DNA of 64,000 nucleotides from Candidatus Woesearchaeota archaeon (GCA_965205335.1 OZ242164.1:1056001-1120000); one strand, 5' to 3'; positions 9,657 through 18,877 are shown, counted from the stretch's first letter. Notes: generated by a model not told the origin, from the letters alone. Translations and numbers: made by a program.

Positions 9657-11840
9657 TTAATTGTTCATAAGAAATCTTTTTTCAAAGCCTAAGACCTTGT
9701 TTTTAATTGCTTCAAGTTCATCTGGTGTTGAAATGTCTTTTATAAACAAAAGATCAATTTTATTTATGTATTCTGCAATTAAATCAATGTCTTTTTTCAC
9801 AATGATTGCTCCTGCTAATTTGCAGACTTCAAAGCATTTTTTTAGGTAATTTGGTTTTATGTCATCATCTATATACGATAGGTTTACAAGATACTTAAAC
9901 TTGTCGTCATAATCCATTAAAAAAAAGTCCCCTAATTTGTTTACAATATAATAATATTCTGTTAGTCCTTCTGTTTTAAGTCCAATTGGCAGGATATATT
10001 TCATATGAGGATTATTAATTTCATTAACTGATGAAGTAAAGTAATATATTTCCCCTTCTCCTGTAACCAGATTTAATGTGTTTGAATCAACAAAACAAGC
10101 TTGTGGGTTAAATTGCGGAGATGTGATTATTTTAGTTGCGAGAATATTGTTATATTTAGATGTATTAGAACTTGGGGTTATCTGGGGTGCTAAGTCAAAT
10201 GGTTTAATTTCTTGGGGGTTTGCATCATCTATTATAAGCGAACTTTTCAAAAAATCCTTATTGGGAGGTTCTCTTTGAATTTCATTTCCTGAAGAGTTAG
10301 AATTACCCTGCGGAATCTCTTGGAATGGTTCCTGAGAAGGATTATGTGAATCCTTATTTAGAACAGAATTTGCAAGCATGCCAATAGCACTTAGTTTTTC
10401 ATCTGATGAACCCCCAAATGATGAGAGATTTGATGTGTTTTCTGAATTGATTTTTGAGTTAGGGCTTGATATTATTTTTTCTGTAATGTTTGAAACTTGG
10501 GAAAAGTTATCGTATTCTTGTTTTTCTTGCGTTTTTGGAGTTGATAAATCTATATTTTTTAGTCTGTCTAAAAATTCATCTTTTTCTTCTTTTGGTTCTG
10601 AGATGATGTTTGAAAATGGATTGTTTTCAAATGGGGCTTCCTCTTGTTTATTTCCTATTTCAATATTTTCTAAGTCTAATTTAATTTCAAATGTTTTGTC
10701 TAAGTGATATTTGTAGTATATTATGTCTAAATCAAATTTCTCTCCAATGTAATCAAGAACAGGAGAGTAAAAGTTCTCAATAAAGATTAATCCATCAATT
10801 TTATTTAATATTTTAAAATTAGACAGTATTTCTTCTACTTCACTTGGATTTCTAATTAAGAGATATTTTGGATTGGGTAATATTTCATCTAAATTATCTC
10901 TTAGTCCAACAAGGGATATTCTATTGTATGATTTGGATGATTTGTTTAGGATTATTCCATTTAATGAGCCTTTTTCTAATTTGTTATCAACAAGCGATAT
11001 GTTTAGGATTCTAAGGTTTCCTTTCTTGTTTATGTATAATTCAATGATTGCATCATTTATGTCTTTTGTTGCTTTATTGATTGAAACTAAATCTCCATCT
11101 GATAGAATTTTTTTCTGTTTGTGTATTTCACTTTCATTTAATTTCGCGTGGTCTCTAAAAATTGCATGGGTTTGTGTGTTTTCAAAGAATTTAAATTCTT
11201 CTCCTTTTGAGTAATAAATCTCACTTCCAGTATAATAATCCACAGGAGTATTATTTGCAAATCCAAAGCTTGATGCAAGAATTAGTGAGATGTCTTCTTT
11301 TTTTAAGTAAATATGTTTGTATACATCTTCCGTTTCATATATTTCAAATTGAAAGTTCTTAATTTTTAATAATCTTTGTGAATTTCCCTCAAATTCTAAG
11401 TATTTTTTAAGAAGTTGTTTAATTGATGAGAGTATTGCTCCTTTTTCCTCAAAGTATCTTGTGTTAGAGAAATTTTCAGTTCTTAAAACTACATTGAACT
11501 TAGAGTTTGAAACTGAATTTATAAAACTGCAACCTTTTAGTTTTATATCCATCATATTTTCAGATATTAGATTTAGTTTTTCCTGAACTGATGCATAAAA
11601 GTCATTATCTAAGTTTGATTCAAGTAAATCTGATTCTAATGCATCATTGATTTTCTGCATATAAATCCTAGAATCAATATCTTTTAAATTTTCAAAGAAA
11701 TCCTTAACTTTTGAATCTTCAAAAGAAGATAGTACTTTTTCTGATGTGATTATTATTTTGTTTATGTTCCCAAACTGCTTATTTAAATTGTAATATATTA
11801 TATCATTCTCATTTCCTAATATTTCTAATTTATTTTCCAT
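9657..11840 (-). CDS. highly diverged PEP synthase/PPDK-like protein, probably non-catalytic
   Basis: Weak collinear matches to PpsA blocks (see findings). Confidence 0.45.
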   Translation of the reverse strand: MENKLEILGNENDIIYYNLNKQFGNINKIIITSEKVLSSFEDSKVKDFFENLKDIDSRIYMQKINDALESDLLESNLDNDFYASVQEKLNLISENMMDIKLKGCSFINSVSNSKFNVVLRTENFSNTRYFEEKGAILSSIKQLLKKYLEFEGNSQRLLKIKNFQFEIYETEDVYKHIYLKKEDISLILASSFGFANNTPVDYYTGSEIYYSKGEEFKFFENTQTHAIFRDHAKLNESEIHKQKKILSDGDLVSINKATKDINDAIIELYINKKGNLRILNISLVDNKLEKGSLNGIILNKSSKSYNRISLVGLRDNLDEILPNPKYLLIRNPSEVEEILSNFKILNKIDGLIFIENFYSPVLDYIGEKFDLDIIYYKYHLDKTFEIKLDLENIEIGNKQEEAPFENNPFSNIISEPKEEKDEFLDRLKNIDLSTPKTQEKQEYDNFSQVSNITEKIISSPNSKINSENTSNLSSFGGSSDEKLSAIGMLANSVLNKDSHNPSQEPFQEIPQGNSNSSGNEIQREPPNKDFLKSSLIIDDANPQEIKPFDLAPQITPSSNTSKYNNILATKIITSPQFNPQACFVDSNTLNLVTGEGEIYYFTSSVNEINNPHMKYILPIGLKTEGLTEYYYIVNKLGDFFLMDYDDKFKYLVNLSYIDDDIKPNYLKKCFEVCKLAGAIIVKKDIDLIAEYINKIDLLFIKDISTPDELEAIKNKVLGFEKRFLMNN

Positions 11841-11913
11841 AGTGCTTTTCTGATAGAAATCTTTTTAAAATTTTCTTGAATTGTGTGGTAATAACAAATT
11901 ATAAGATATGATA

Positions 11914-12792
11914 TTATTGTTTGTTTATGTCTTCAAAAACTTTGTAGAGTGCCTGAGTTCCAAGATTTTCATAACCGCTATCTTTTGCCTTTAGATAGAA
12001 CTCATACGCTAATTTTAAGCCCGGAAGATGAAGGTTCATTTTTGACGCTTCGTCTAATGCTATGCCCATATCTTTGATGAAGTGCTTTATGTAAAATCCT
12101 GGTTCAAAATCATTTTTAACTATTCTTGAGCCCATATTAATTAACTGCCATGAACTTGCAGAACCTCCACCAATTACTTTAAGCACCTTGTTAAGGTCAA
12201 GTCCTGTTCTGTATGCATACATAAGGGTTTCAACTGTTCCTATAATAGTTGATGCAATTGATATTTGGTTTGCCATTTTTGTGTGCTGACCTGAACCTGC
12301 GGGTCCCATATATTGTATGTTTTTTCCCATGATTTTAAATAATGGTTTTATTTTCTCAAAAATTTGTATGTCTCCTCCTACCATAATTGAGAGAGTGCCA
12401 TCTTTTGCGCCAATATCACCTCCTGATACAGGAGCATCTAATGAGTGAATTCCTTTTTTTTTTGCTTTTTTGTAAATCTTCATCGCAAGTTCTGGTTTGG
12501 ATGTTGTCATATCAATTAATATTGAATCTTTTTTTGCACCTAAGAGAATTCCTGATGAGCCTAAGATTACGTTTTCAACATCATCTGGGTAACCTACCAT
12601 TGTAAATATTATGTCACATTTTTTGGCAAGTTCTTTTGGATTTATAGACCAAATTGCTCCTTTTTGTATGAGATTTTGACATTTGCTTTTTGTTCTTGAA
12701 TGCACATAGAGTTTGTATCCTCTATTCTGCAAGTGCAATGCCATAGCATTTCCCATAACACCAGTTCCAATCCAGCCAATTTTTATATTCAT
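11914..12792 (-). CDS. beta-hydroxyacid dehydrogenase (3-hydroxyisobutyrate dehydrogenase/tartronate semialdehyde reductase family)
   Basis: GWIGTGVMG, DAPVSGGD.GA, GSGQHTKMANQI, FIKDMGIAL. Confidence 0.92.
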   Translation of the reverse strand: MNIKIGWIGTGVMGNAMALHLQNRGYKLYVHSRTKSKCQNLIQKGAIWSINPKELAKKCDIIFTMVGYPDDVENVILGSSGILLGAKKDSILIDMTTSKPELAMKIYKKAKKKGIHSLDAPVSGGDIGAKDGTLSIMVGGDIQIFEKIKPLFKIMGKNIQYMGPAGSGQHTKMANQISIASTIIGTVETLMYAYRTGLDLNKVLKVIGGGSASSWQLINMGSRIVKNDFEPGFYIKHFIKDMGIALDEASKMNLHLPGLKLAYEFYLKAKDSGYENLGTQALYKVFEDINKQ

Positions 12793-12910
12793 TTTTCAAA
12801 TTAAAGATTTGTCATAAGTTTTTAAAAATTTTGAAATTTATGAAAGTTCTATTATTATACTATAAGTACAGATAATTTCTTATATCTTATAAGTTTTACT
12901 GTGTAGTGCA

Positions 12911-12924
12911 GTGACATATGTCAC
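12911..12924. promoter_or_regulatory. perfect 14-bp palindrome upstream of glutamine synthetase
   Basis: GTGACATATGTCAC in the divergent intergenic region, upstream of TTTATAAA at about 12956. Confidence 0.45.
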
Positions 12925-12988
12925 CAGTCTAAAAATTAACGATTAAATAGGTAAATTTATAAAAAAATTAGAAGTCCATATTATAATA

Positions 12989-14128
12989 ATGGAGACAGAT
13001 TATGAAAACAGAGTTTTAACATTATCAAATATGATAGTTAAACACTTAGAAAGGTTAGTTGAGGGACAAGAATCCCCCAAGGAAGTTTATACTTATGCGG
13101 AATACATATGGTTGGATGGCTCCAACCCACAGCAACTGAGATGTAAAATTAGGATTTTAAATCGTCTGAACTCTCCTAAGTTGGAGGATTTTCCTGTTTG
13201 GAGTTTTGATGGTTCCAGTACGGGACAGGCTAAAGGGAGTGACTCCGATTGTGAAATAAGACCAGTCTATGTGGTGAGAGATCCTTTAAGAGGGCAGGGG
13301 AACTATCTGGTGTTATGCGAAGTTTTTCATTTGGATGGAAGGCCTCATGAGACTAACACAAGACGAGAGCTCTATCGGATGATGAAAGAGCAGGGGGGCG
13401 ATGATTTTGAAGTGTATATAGGCTTTGAACAAGAGTACACTCTTGTAAACCAGAAAGGCACTCCTTTAGGTTTTCCTGAATCAGGCTATCCATCTCCACA
13501 GGGTCCCTACTACTGTGGTGTGGGAGCTTCCAAGGCTTTTGGAAGACAGATCATAGAAGAACATTTGCGGCTTTGTGTGGAAGCGGGACTGAGTATATAT
13601 GGAATTAATGGAGAGGTGATGCCTGGACAGTGGGAATTTCAGATTGGGTATCGGGGAGATAAGGAGGGCGCTGATCCTTTGAGTGTTTCGGATCAACTTT
13701 GGGTAGCTCGTTATCTCTTAGAAAGATTAGCAGAAAACTACAAAGTAGACGTGAGTTATTCCAACAAGCCTGTTAAGGGGGACTGGAATGGAGCAGGCAT
13801 GCACACCAATTTCTCCACTAAGTTCATGAGGGACTCGCAGGAAGGGTCGCAGGCCGTTCAGAAGGCCATTGAGACTTTGAAGGCTCGTCATGATATTCAT
13901 ATTCAAGATTACGGTCAGGGTTTAGGTGAGAGGCTAACAGGGGTTCATGAAACTTGTTCCATTGATACTTTCACGAGTGGGGTCTCTGATAGGGGAGCTT
14001 CTGTGCGTATTCCTCCCAAGACCTCTCAGAAGGGCTATGGCTACATCGAAGATCGCCGACCGGGTGCTAATGCGGATCCCTACAAGATATCTATTTGTCT
14101 TGTGGGGAGTATTTGCGGTCTGGCTTAA
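12989..14128 (+). CDS. glnII: glutamine synthetase type II (GSII)
   Basis: AEYIWLDG, WSFDGSSTGQA, PQGPYYCGVG, EVMPGQWEFQIG, GDWNGAGMHTNFST, EDRRPGAN.DPY; about 380 aa. Confidence 0.92.
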   Translation: METDYENRVLTLSNMIVKHLERLVEGQESPKEVYTYAEYIWLDGSNPQQLRCKIRILNRLNSPKLEDFPVWSFDGSSTGQAKGSDSDCEIRPVYVVRDPLRGQGNYLVLCEVFHLDGRPHETNTRRELYRMMKEQGGDDFEVYIGFEQEYTLVNQKGTPLGFPESGYPSPQGPYYCGVGASKAFGRQIIEEHLRLCVEAGLSIYGINGEVMPGQWEFQIGYRGDKEGADPLSVSDQLWVARYLLERLAENYKVDVSYSNKPVKGDWNGAGMHTNFSTKFMRDSQEGSQAVQKAIETLKARHDIHIQDYGQGLGERLTGVHETCSIDTFTSGVSDRGASVRIPPKTSQKGYGYIEDRRPGANADPYKISICLVGSICGLA

Positions 14129-14335
14129 AGGAAAACTCTTCCCACTGTTGGGCCCAGAACAAATTTATAAATATAATTTTTATATGTCTTGTTTTTTCCT
14201 ATATTTTATTGGTTTTACACCTCTTATGTTTTTATTCTTTGAATTCATGTAATTGGAAGATAAACTTGATTTATAAATACTCTTGTATATTCTTAATGTA
14301 ATTTGAATTTGAAATCTAAAGAGAGAAGTACTGGA

Positions 14336-14479
14336 ATGAAAGTTCTTGCAGTAGTCTTAATTGTGATGGTTTTGGTTAATTTCTTTTTTATGATTATAGG
14401 AAAGATTAGCTTAACATGGTTCTGGATAATCTTAGTATTTTTCTTTCTTATTGTTAAATTGTTATTTGGTAAAAAGTAA
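14336..14479 (+). CDS. 47-aa two-helix membrane protein (below ORF-track cutoff)
   Basis: MKVLAVVLIVMVLVNFFFMIIGKISLTWFWIILVFFFLIVKLLFGKK*. Confidence 0.6.
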   Translation: MKVLAVVLIVMVLVNFFFMIIGKISLTWFWIILVFFFLIVKLLFGKK

Positions 14480-14506
14480 TATAAATCCCAAAGTTTTAGG
14501 ATTGTT

Positions 14507-15664
14507 ATGAAGGCTGATGAAAAGAAAAGGATTTTAAGTAAGACAAAAATTGATTTTTACAGGCAGGTTAAGTTGTATCAGTCCACTCTGAAACCAACTA
14601 AGGAAATTGAAGGGGTTGGAAGCGCTTTAATTGTTGGTGAGAAAAATTATCCTTCTCTTAAAATGCACAGTGTGTCAACGAAGGATAGGGAAAATTCTTT
14701 TTTCAAGTCATCAGAGGTTGTTAAGAAAGAGTATTTTGATATCTTCAAGTTAAAGGCTAAAAATATTTTAGGTTCAACTGATAATTCACATATTAGAAAA
14801 GTGGATTCAAGGATTAAGAAGGAGATTTCAGATATTTACAAGTCTAAGTCAGAGATTGAGTTCACATCAGAATTTGAAAAGGAATTAAAGTTTGATAAAG
14901 TAGTTTTGAATAAGGTGTCTGGGATTGTTGGTTCAAAGAATCCTCTTCTTTCTCTTTTGGCAAATGAGAATACTAAGACATCAAAACAAATTGAGAAGTA
15001 TACTGAGCATGATGTTAAGACAAAGGATGCTCTTATTTCTTTGTATGAGAGAGGTGTTAATGAATCCCAAATAATTCATCTTTTGTCTCTCGGGGAATTT
15101 GGTGTAAGTGTTAATAGAAAACTTGTTCCAACGAGATGGGCAATTACTGCTTATGATAAGTGTATTGAGAGTTATCTTCATAAGAGAATTATTGGTTATA
15201 ATGTAATTAAGAATTATGAGATATATTTTTATAAAAATAAGTCTGATACTCATATTATTATTTTTCTGCCTGATATTTATAGGGCAGAGCATATTGAAGA
15301 TTGGGAGGGGAAAGTAGGAAGAGATTATGTAGGCTTTGATAATAAACTAAAAACAAGTGAGCCAAATAATGCGGGAGGATATTATGCTACCAAGATTTCT
15401 GTTAATGAGTTTTTAGATAATAAGAAGAGGCAGGCAAGTTTTATTGCCATTCGTGTTATAAGCGAGTATGAAGTTCCTTTGGGAGTTATTTTTGTGCGTG
15501 AATGTGTTCGCGAGTGTTTGAAAAATAAAGTGTTTGAAACTTGTGATTTAAATGAAGTCCACAAATATTTAAGAGAGAATTATCCTGCTTTTTATAATCA
15601 TTTTATTAAGAGCAAAGTTGTAGATGAGATTGGGAAACAAAGCAAGTTAGATGAGTTTTTTTAG
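14507..15664 (+). CDS. nreA: Nre-family archaeal DNA repair protein
   Basis: RKLVPTRWAITAYD, AGGYYA, Y.VPLGV..VRE.VR, C-terminal PIP box QSKLDEFF. Confidence 0.85.
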   Translation: MKADEKKRILSKTKIDFYRQVKLYQSTLKPTKEIEGVGSALIVGEKNYPSLKMHSVSTKDRENSFFKSSEVVKKEYFDIFKLKAKNILGSTDNSHIRKVDSRIKKEISDIYKSKSEIEFTSEFEKELKFDKVVLNKVSGIVGSKNPLLSLLANENTKTSKQIEKYTEHDVKTKDALISLYERGVNESQIIHLLSLGEFGVSVNRKLVPTRWAITAYDKCIESYLHKRIIGYNVIKNYEIYFYKNKSDTHIIIFLPDIYRAEHIEDWEGKVGRDYVGFDNKLKTSEPNNAGGYYATKISVNEFLDNKKRQASFIAIRVISEYEVPLGVIFVRECVRECLKNKVFETCDLNEVHKYLRENYPAFYNHFIKSKVVDEIGKQSKLDEFF

Positions 15665-15667
15665 ATT

Positions 15668-16165
15668 CTATTTTGTAACACAGACTCTTGGTTTTTTAAT
15701 TATTTTTCCATTTAATTTATAACCTTTCTTAACTGTTTTAATTATCATCCCCATTTTCATTCCTTTAGCATCAGAGTATGAGGCAATTTCATACATTTCT
15801 GGATTATATTTTTCTTCATCTGCTGATATGCTTTCAAGGTTTAATTGTTTCATCATTTCATTAACAAGTTTCTGTGTGGTATTAACATCTATTAGCAGTC
15901 TTTGAATATTTTTATCTAAGCTATTTACTTTAAATGAATCGTTTTTTGTTATTTCAATAGATTCAGCTATTTTAATTAGATTTTTTGCAGATTCAAAATC
16001 AATTCTTTCTTTTTGTATGTTTAATTCATCTTTATGTTTGTTTTTTAGTTTTGCATTTTCTAATTTAATTTGAGAGTATCTGTAATATAATGCTTCATAT
16101 CTATCGTCGTTACCTGAAAATGCCTCTTTGATTTTTCGAAATACCATAGATATTTGATAATTCAA
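15668..16165 (-). CDS. grpE: GrpE-like nucleotide exchange factor
   Basis: Coiled N-terminus, Y.PEMYE, KKGYKLNGKIIKKPRVCVTK. Confidence 0.75.
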   Translation of the reverse strand: MNYQISMVFRKIKEAFSGNDDRYEALYYRYSQIKLENAKLKNKHKDELNIQKERIDFESAKNLIKIAESIEITKNDSFKVNSLDKNIQRLLIDVNTTQKLVNEMMKQLNLESISADEEKYNPEMYEIASYSDAKGMKMGMIIKTVKKGYKLNGKIIKKPRVCVTK

Positions 16166-16225
16166 ACATTTATAAAACTTACGAGGAAAAGTTCAACTTT
16201 TGGATATTTTAGATTAATGAAAAAA

Positions 16226-16245
16226 GCTCCCTGCCAGGATTTGAA
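16226..16245 (-). repeat. diverged duplicate of a tRNA 3' end (att-like remnant)
   Basis: TTCAAATCCTGGCAGGGAGC vs tRNA-Glu TTCAAATCCCGACGGGGGGGC about 100 bp upstream. Confidence 0.55.
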
Positions 16246-16344
16246 GCTATTTTTCGCTTTAGCTAAAAATAGTTCCGAGCGAAAACAAAGTTTGAGCGAA
16301 CGAATAATGGTGAAAATCCCATAGGGGTAAATATTTAGAAAAAG

Positions 16345-16419
16345 CCCCCCCGTCGGGATTTGAACCCGAGTCGTTGCCTCGAGAGGGCAACATGATTGGC
16401 CGAACTACACTACAGGGGG
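16345..16419 (-). tRNA. tRNA-Glu(CTC)
   Basis: Acceptor CCCCCTG/CGGGGGG, anticodon arm TTGCC-CT CTC GA-GGCAA, T arm TCGGG-TTCAAAT-CCCGA. Confidence 0.93.
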
Positions 16420-16525
16420 ATAGTTCAATAAGAAAGGTAAAAGTGAGAGGTTTAAAAGTTTTTTGTGTTTGTACGAACTTCAAACGTAGATTTAGACCCA
16501 CCCCCTTAAAAGAGGGTGACATCTC

Positions 16526-17509
16526 TGTGTTGTCCTAATTCTTTTTCCCACTTTTATTACCTCCAATCATTTTTATAAACCTACCTAATGTCCATGGCAT
16601 TAATTCACGCCAGAACACTTGTTCAGGCGTATCAAAATCCAAGCTACCATGCGGTCTATGATTATACCTGTCCATAAATTCATTAAATGTGTTGAATTTC
16701 TGTCTATGAAGTTCATAGGTATGATTCCACTTCTCAAACTTACCATTGGTTTGAGGGTGTTTATATCTACATTTTGAATGTGTAATTCCTAACCTGGCAA
16801 GGACTCTTTGGAACTCAGATATGCCCTGCTGTTTACCCTCTTGCTTATTTGCATAAAACTGACTGCCTCTATCAGTCAAACAAATATCAATTGGTCTTAT
16901 ATTCAAATACGTTTTGTAAGCTTGTTTGATCAACCCAATATTGTGTTTTGCTTCTTGTTTTTTGAACTCGCCTCCACAAAGGATTTTCCTTGATTTATCA
17001 TCTAAGACCGCACACATCCACATTTGCAAATGTGAATTATAGTGCCAATCCATATGAACCATATCTAAAGACCATGGTTTTTCATAACGAATCCATGGCT
17101 TTCTTCTCTTTTGCTTTTTAGGATTGGCAGTTGCTTTATTATTTGCAAGTAACACAATATGAACATAGTTATTTGCAATTTTAAAGTTTTCTTTCTTACG
17201 CAGATATTGAGAAATGTAATTTGCTCCAAACCCTAGTTTTGAATGCAAAGAAAGAATTCTTCTTTCTAAACTTCTAGGATAGACTCTTTTTGGTTTCATG
17301 CCATTCTTCTGCAAAATAGGAAGTAACCCTGTTTTCTTAAATTCTAAGAAAAGTTGATTAACTCTTCTTTTACTAATATTGAACTGCTTAGCAATAAAAA
17401 CAGATGAAACACCTTTATTCTTACGCTTAATTATCTTTTCAATGTCCAAAGCATTTAGTTTCATAAAAGACTCAATTTCCAAAGTGGGAAATTTTTTGCG
17501 GACAACACA
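16526..17509 (-). mobile_element. IS481-like insertion sequence, 984 bp, apparently intact
   Basis: TIR TGTGTTGTCC...TTTCCCACTTT at both ends; 15-bp TSD AGAGGGTGACATCTC (16511-16525 / 17510-17524). Confidence 0.95.
16535..17464 (-). CDS. IS481-family DDE transposase
   Basis: ATG 17464 inside the element; HTH, VHMDWH, LTDRGSQF, HPQTNGKFEKW, YN.RPH. Confidence 0.93.
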   Translation of the reverse strand: MKLNALDIEKIIKRKNKGVSSVFIAKQFNISKRRVNQLFLEFKKTGLLPILQKNGMKPKRVYPRSLERRILSLHSKLGFGANYISQYLRKKENFKIANNYVHIVLLANNKATANPKKQKRRKPWIRYEKPWSLDMVHMDWHYNSHLQMWMCAVLDDKSRKILCGGEFKKQEAKHNIGLIKQAYKTYLNIRPIDICLTDRGSQFYANKQEGKQQGISEFQRVLARLGITHSKCRYKHPQTNGKFEKWNHTYELHRQKFNTFNEFMDRYNHRPHGSLDFDTPEQVFWRELMPWTLGRFIKMIGGNKSGKKN

Positions 17510-17577
17510 AGAGGGTGACATCTCCGAAAGAGTTATAAATTAAAAAATCCATAAAATTGTAAGAGGTGAGTTTGCGA

Positions 17578-18702
17578 ATGTTAAGAAATTATTTTGAAGT
17601 GGATGAAAATACAAGTGTTACTGGCTTTTTAAGGGAAATTAATGAAAAGAAGAATTCTCAATATATTATTCTTGATACTGATAAGGGACATTTTGTTGAT
17701 TTGAGAAATATTGCCTTAAATGTTACAGATTCAGGAGAAAAATTAAAGAATATTAAAAAAACTCTTTCTAAGTGTGAAGGGAATACTGATTTAGAACATT
17801 TAGAACATATGATTAAATGCGGTGATATAGTCATAGAAACAAGTAATGGCGTTTATGATTTTCTTGATGCTATTGACTGGATTTTGGAACGGGGTTTTGA
17901 TTTTTTAGATGAGCCTATTTCAAATATAAGCAAAAAAGAAATCTATGCCCTTGAGGGAGATGAGAAAATTTCTACTGCAAAGAGGATCCTGCTTGATAAT
18001 AATATTAATATTCTTCCGATTATTGATTCAGATTTAAATGTGGTTGGTGAAGTTAGGACAATTGATTTTTTGGCATCTGATTTGTTTTCCAATGATGTTT
18101 CAGGAAAGAGTGGGTTTTATAATAAGAAGTATAAAGAATCCGCTATGAACATGAGTGTTTCAAATTTGATGAATGGAAAGCCACATCTAATAGACAAAAA
18201 TTTAAAGATTCGTGATGCAGTTATGTTGATGAGCGAGAAATCTCTACCTTCTGTAATTGTTGTGGATTCAAATAAACTTCATTCTGTTATTTCGTATAAG
18301 GATGTGTTTAAGATAATTAAAAATTCACTTGATGGTTCTGGTTATTCAATTGAGTTTGTGGGCAGTTCAAATTTATATGAAGATGAGTTTGATATAATTG
18401 AGAAAGCTGCAAAAAAGTCAATGGAGAAAATTTCAAAAATAAGTGAGTATAATAATTTGAAGATAACTTTTAAAGTGCTTGGGAATACTCTTGGTTCTCA
18501 TCAGAAAAAAGTCCATATGAAGTTTCTTTTATTAGTGGGGAAAAAAGTAATTTCTATTGATAAGGAGATATCAACTGGAACATCAGATGAGGTTTACAAT
18601 AATAAGAAAAAAGATTCTTGGAATATTCCACAGATGGCTTCTGAGGCGTTTAGGTCTTTAGAGAATAAGGTTAAATCAAAGAAAAGTAGGTTGAAGAGAT
18701 AG
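17578..18702 (+). CDS. tandem CBS-domain protein with C-terminal HPF/RaiA-like domain (Hib-type ribosome hibernation factor candidate)
   Basis: CBS repeats (INILPIID..VVGEV; DAVMLMSEKSLPSVIVVD); C-terminal beta-rich domain ending WNIPQM..EAF..LE.KV; GAGGTG before ATG. Confidence 0.65.
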   Translation: MLRNYFEVDENTSVTGFLREINEKKNSQYIILDTDKGHFVDLRNIALNVTDSGEKLKNIKKTLSKCEGNTDLEHLEHMIKCGDIVIETSNGVYDFLDAIDWILERGFDFLDEPISNISKKEIYALEGDEKISTAKRILLDNNINILPIIDSDLNVVGEVRTIDFLASDLFSNDVSGKSGFYNKKYKESAMNMSVSNLMNGKPHLIDKNLKIRDAVMLMSEKSLPSVIVVDSNKLHSVISYKDVFKIIKNSLDGSGYSIEFVGSSNLYEDEFDIIEKAAKKSMEKISKISEYNNLKITFKVLGNTLGSHQKKVHMKFLLLVGKKVISIDKEISTGTSDEVYNNKKKDSWNIPQMASEAFRSLENKVKSKKSRLKR

Positions 18703-18745
18703 GTTAGTTTTTTTAGGTACACTTATATGTGGGATTTGATTTGTA

Positions 18746-18877
18746 ATGTTTAATCTTGATCTTATGAAATCAAAGATTGAAGATAAACTTAATGGTGAGT
18801 TGCTGTGAAGATGCGAGATAGTTAAATAGTTGTATCAAAGTGGAGAGTTAGAAGAAGTTCTTGGGATTAAGAATTAA
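18746..18877 (+). pseudogene. monothiol glutaredoxin (GrxD-like) remnant
   Basis: Reads ...NGELL*RCEIVK*LYQSGELEEVLG, matching GrxD C-terminal NGEFVGGCDIVKEMYESGEL; middle deleted, two stops. Confidence 0.6.

Noticed and set aside
16259-16522. 87-aa ORF, and the 17521 start for the transposase
   Set aside because: The ORF overlaps tRNA-Glu; both starts come from the ATG inside the TSD, outside the IS.
18791-18877. Selenocysteine or stop-codon readthrough in the glutaredoxin-like frame
   Set aside because: Stops fall at Gly/Glu positions, both TGA and TAG occur, and the active-site region is deleted; ordinary decay.
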